From NCBI RefSeq assembly GCF_009914755.1, contig NC_060938.1: DNA of 64,000 nucleotides; one strand, given 5' to 3'. Below, one piece after another: positions 60,766-64,000 of the stretch. Within the stretch, counting starts at the first letter, position 1. Every line of letters begins with the position of its first letter. The position numbers and the translations under genes are program-made. Source of the DNA: the human T2T-CHM13v2.0 reference genome, Homo sapiens. The notes under the pieces were generated by a model. It did not search any database. It saw only the letters and a list, made by a program, of their open reading frames with translations, and was not told the DNA's origin.

Positions 60766-61849
60766 GGTTAATGTGGAGCGGAAGTTAGTGGGAATTGCTG
60801 TGTTTTATGCCCCTCACACCTCATGCCTGCCTGCTGTCTGCCTCTTAACACCTTCGAATGAACTGGAAAGAATGGCTGGCAAGGCCTGCAGGACACTGAC
60901 CCTACCGGCCACATGCTCCGGTGCACAGTGGATGGCGGGTATGGCAGATGGTGGGCGGTCCTCTTGGTAGCCCCTGCTCTCCTACCTCCTCATGTGGCTC
61001 CAGCCCCTCCCCAGCAAGTCCCCCAACCCCTCCGACTGTGGGTATCATAGGAAGGGGCCGTGCTGGGCTGAGGATCTGCTGGGTCTGTAATGACTTGGGA
61101 GAGACACTGACATCAGCTGGCGGGACCCAAGTCCACAGGCCAGGAGGGGTGAGAGGGGGGCATGGGTCATCCACAGATGCTGCAGGCCGTCACACAGGCA
61201 CTGGAGCCTCAGGTCGGGGTGGACACGAAGGGCTTCCGTGGACTCAAGTCGCTGCCCCTTGGGGTGCCTGGGGCTCGGAGCCCTGCCGTGAGCACGCACA
61301 CTATGCCCCAGTGAATTTCTGATTGCAAAAGACATCGGGCATCGGGCGGGGGCACTCGGCTCCCATCTGCAGCCGCCCCTTTTGTCAGGGGCGATCAGGG
61401 AGGGGCTGGGCTTTCCTTCCCCCAGGACTTGGAAGAAAGACGGAGCTTTAGTCCTTTCAGCCACAAAATCCCCCTCCTCAACAGATGTGGAGGAGAGGAA
61501 AATGCTAGTAGCCCTGGGGAGTTGGCAGGGGTGGAGAGGACACGGGGGAGCGGGCCTTTCCCAGGTCACCTCACCCTGGCTGGAGGCAGCTTCTCGCTTT
61601 AGAGCCTCCCTCGTGTGGGGCAGTCGTGGCCCACGAGCCAATTCCCCCGGCTGCCCTCTCCCCGCTTAACTACTCTCTGGCTCTGGAGGACCCCGGGAGG
61701 TGCGGGATGCCCACTGGGGACAACTGTACATGGAAGGTGACAGATTCCACCCCAAGGCCTCTCCCAGTCTAGGCTGCCCCCATCACAACAGCGGCCCCAG
61801 CCGGGCAGTGTCTGCATCCCGGCCTCTTCCTAAGCCTTTTACAAACATC

Positions 61850-61990
61850 AACTCTTTTGAGCCTCGTTGAGAAATAGATACTAATATTATCCCCATTTTG
61901 TATTAGAGAAACAGGCACGGGAGACTGAATAGCTCAGTATCTTGACTAAATATCTGAAGCTTCTGGAAGCTGGGATTTGAGCAAAGACTT
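61850..61990 (-). mobile_element. MIR SINE fragment
   Basis: tattatccccattttgtattagagaaacaggcacgg...gctgggatttga. Confidence 0.7.
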
Positions 61991-62035
61991 GAGGCTGCAG
62001 AGCCGCTCCCTGCCTGGCATGTGCGGCACCGGCAC

Positions 62036-62962
62036 GGTGAGGTGGCCCTGGTCCGGGTGGCACTGCAGCAGCGTGGTGAGGTGGCCCTGGTCCGGGTGGC
62101 ACTGCAGCAGCGTGGTGAGGTGGCCCTGGTCCGGGTGGCACTGCAGCAGCGTGGTGAGGTGGCCCTGGTCCGGGTGGCACTGCAGCAGCGTGGTGAGGTG
62201 GCCCTGGTCCGGGTGGCACTGCAGCAGCGTGGTGAGGTGGCCCTGGTCCGGGTGGCACTGCAGCAGCGTGGTGAGGTGGCCCTGGTCCGGGTGGCACTGC
62301 AGCAGCGTGGTGAGGTGGCCCTGGTCCGGGTGGCACTGCAGCAGCGTGGTGAGGTGGCCCTGGTCCGGGTGGCACTGCAGCAGCGTGGTGAGGTGGCCCT
62401 GGTCCGGGTGGCACTGCAGCAGCGTGGTGAGGTGGCCCTGGTCCGGGTGGCACTGCAGCAGCGTGGTGAGGTGGCCCTGGTCCGGGTGGCACTGCAGCAG
62501 CGTGGTGAGGTGGCCCTGGTCCGGGTGGCACTGCAGCAGCGTGGTGAGGTGGCCCTGGTCCGGGTGGCACTGCAGCAGTGTGGTGAGGTGATTCCGGTCC
62601 GGGTGGCACTGCAGCAGTGTGGTGAGGTGGCCCTGCTCCGGGTGGCACTGCAGCAGCGTGGTGAGGTGGCCCTGGTCCGGGTGGCACTGCAGCAGCGTGG
62701 TGAGGTGGCCCTGGTCCGGGTGGCACTGCAGCAGCGTGGTGAGGTGGCCCTGGTCCGGGTGGCACTGCAGCAGCGTGGTGAGGTGGCCCTGGTCCGGGTG
62801 GCACTGCAGCAGTGTGGTGAGGTGGCCCTGGTCCGGGTGGCACTGCAGCAGTGTGGTGAGGTGATTCCGGTCCGGGTGGCACTGCAGCAGTGTGGTGAGG
62901 TGATTCCGGTCCGGGTGGCACTGCAGCAGTGTGGCGAGGTGGCCCTGGTCCGGGTGGCACTG
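62036..62962. repeat. 39-bp VNTR (ggtgaggtggccctggtccgggtggcactgcagcagcgt), ~24 units
   Basis: Direct reading; the first ~13-14 units are identical. Confidence 0.98.
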
Positions 62963-64000
62963 TGCTGGCACAGTGAGGCAGCCCTCGTCCAGGTGGTTGC
63001 AGGCTGCCCGCCCCAAGGTGGACGAGGGAATGTGACAGGAGCTGCCCAGGGCTCCCAGTGCCCCCAGGCTGTGTATACAGTGACCTCACTGGTCTGAGGC
63101 ATCATCCAGGCCGGGGTTGCATATTATTTGCATATTATTTGCATCTCCGTTGGTTTCTTGGGGAAGCCAAGTCTGCTGCTGGTCTGGTGCCTGCACCTCA
63201 TGACAGGTTGGGTCTGGAACCCAGGCCTTTGGCTCCAAGTTCTCTGTGATCTGCCAGGATGTGGGTGGCACTGAGCGGTCCCTGGGGAGGGAGTCAGGAG
63301 GCAGGAGCAGAAGCCAGACCAGGTACAGATGAGGCAGAGACAGTCCCCTCTGTGGGGCTGGGGTGAGCAGCTGACAGAGGTGTCTGCTGGCCTGAACTCT
63401 CATCCTCCAGACTGGGTGAGGGAGTGGAGAGTGCTCTCGGGGCCCACTGAGGACGACAGCCTGAACTCCCAGCCCTGGGCCCCCTGAAGTGAAGTGGCGG
63501 CTGGTATGCTCCCATGTCGGGGGCTCTTCCCAAGTAGGGAGTGGTCATGAAGGGGCCCCCCTGGGTCCTGGGGGCTGTGGATGGACAGACCAGAGCCCAC
63601 ATGGTGGCAGCGGTGATGATTTTGCTCAGCCGTTCCTCCTCACCTTGGGCTCTCTTGGGGGATTAGCCTCGTAAACAAGCAGTTCTCACCCTCTCAGGGC
63701 TCAGGGCCCTTCCCTGTCGTTCCTGATTTCCGCTCAGCCCCGGGGAGGCCTGTCTGGGCCAGTGGCAGGTCCCCTGGAGCCCGCGCCTTGGAGGGCAGTG
63801 CAGAGGCCTGGACTGCGCCTGTGGGGAGGGGAGTGCAGGGAACCGCGCCTTCGGCTGAGGGTTGGAGGCCCCGCGTTGTCCTGCTGGCTGGGGGACCTGG
63901 GGCACGTCCTGGCTCCTCCCTGGGCCTCAGTTTTCACATTTTGTTCAATGCAGGGCTGGGTGGTGAAGTCCTGGCTGAGGGAATGTGACAGGTGCCTACC

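Noticed and set aside
61887-63105. 350-400 aa ORFs with 13-aa repeats
   Set aside because: Direct translation of the 39-bp VNTR in several frames.

Overview
Human-type, GC-rich genomic DNA. Positions 1-~24.5 kb hold the 3' part of KIF26A (kinesin-11 family; I recall it lying at 14q32.33) on the + strand. I traced twelve coding exons by hand, from 1418 to the stop at 23396, all bounded by GT-AG introns with consistent phases. They total 4914 nt (1637 aa plus stop), which fits exons 4-15 of the 1882-aa protein as I recall it. A ~1.1 kb 3'UTR ends near an ATTAAA at 24475. The remaining ~40 kb has no credible protein-coding gene: it holds Alus, MIRs, MaLR and ERV1 LTRs, short AT/TAAT-rich enhancer-like islands and many tandem repeats, including 17-, 16- and 39-bp VNTRs and (CCAT)n, (TG)n and G-rich tracts. 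Nearly all other ORFs in the track are GC-rich or repeat artefacts. The best leads, none tested, are: (1) a candidate in-frame 9-nt microexon (Asp-Ala-Lys) in intron 13; (2) an 84-bp non-Alu inverted repeat in intron 4 whose only defects as RNA are one G:U and two A:C pairs; (3) three tandem [D/S]SGxxS phosphodegron-like motifs in the tail; (4) a ~2-kb 17-bp VNTR grown inside an ERV1 LTR; (5) a ~100-unit array rich in the 5' splice-site consensus GAG|GTGAGT; (6) a UGCAUG/UG-rich tract ending in a cryptic acceptor.
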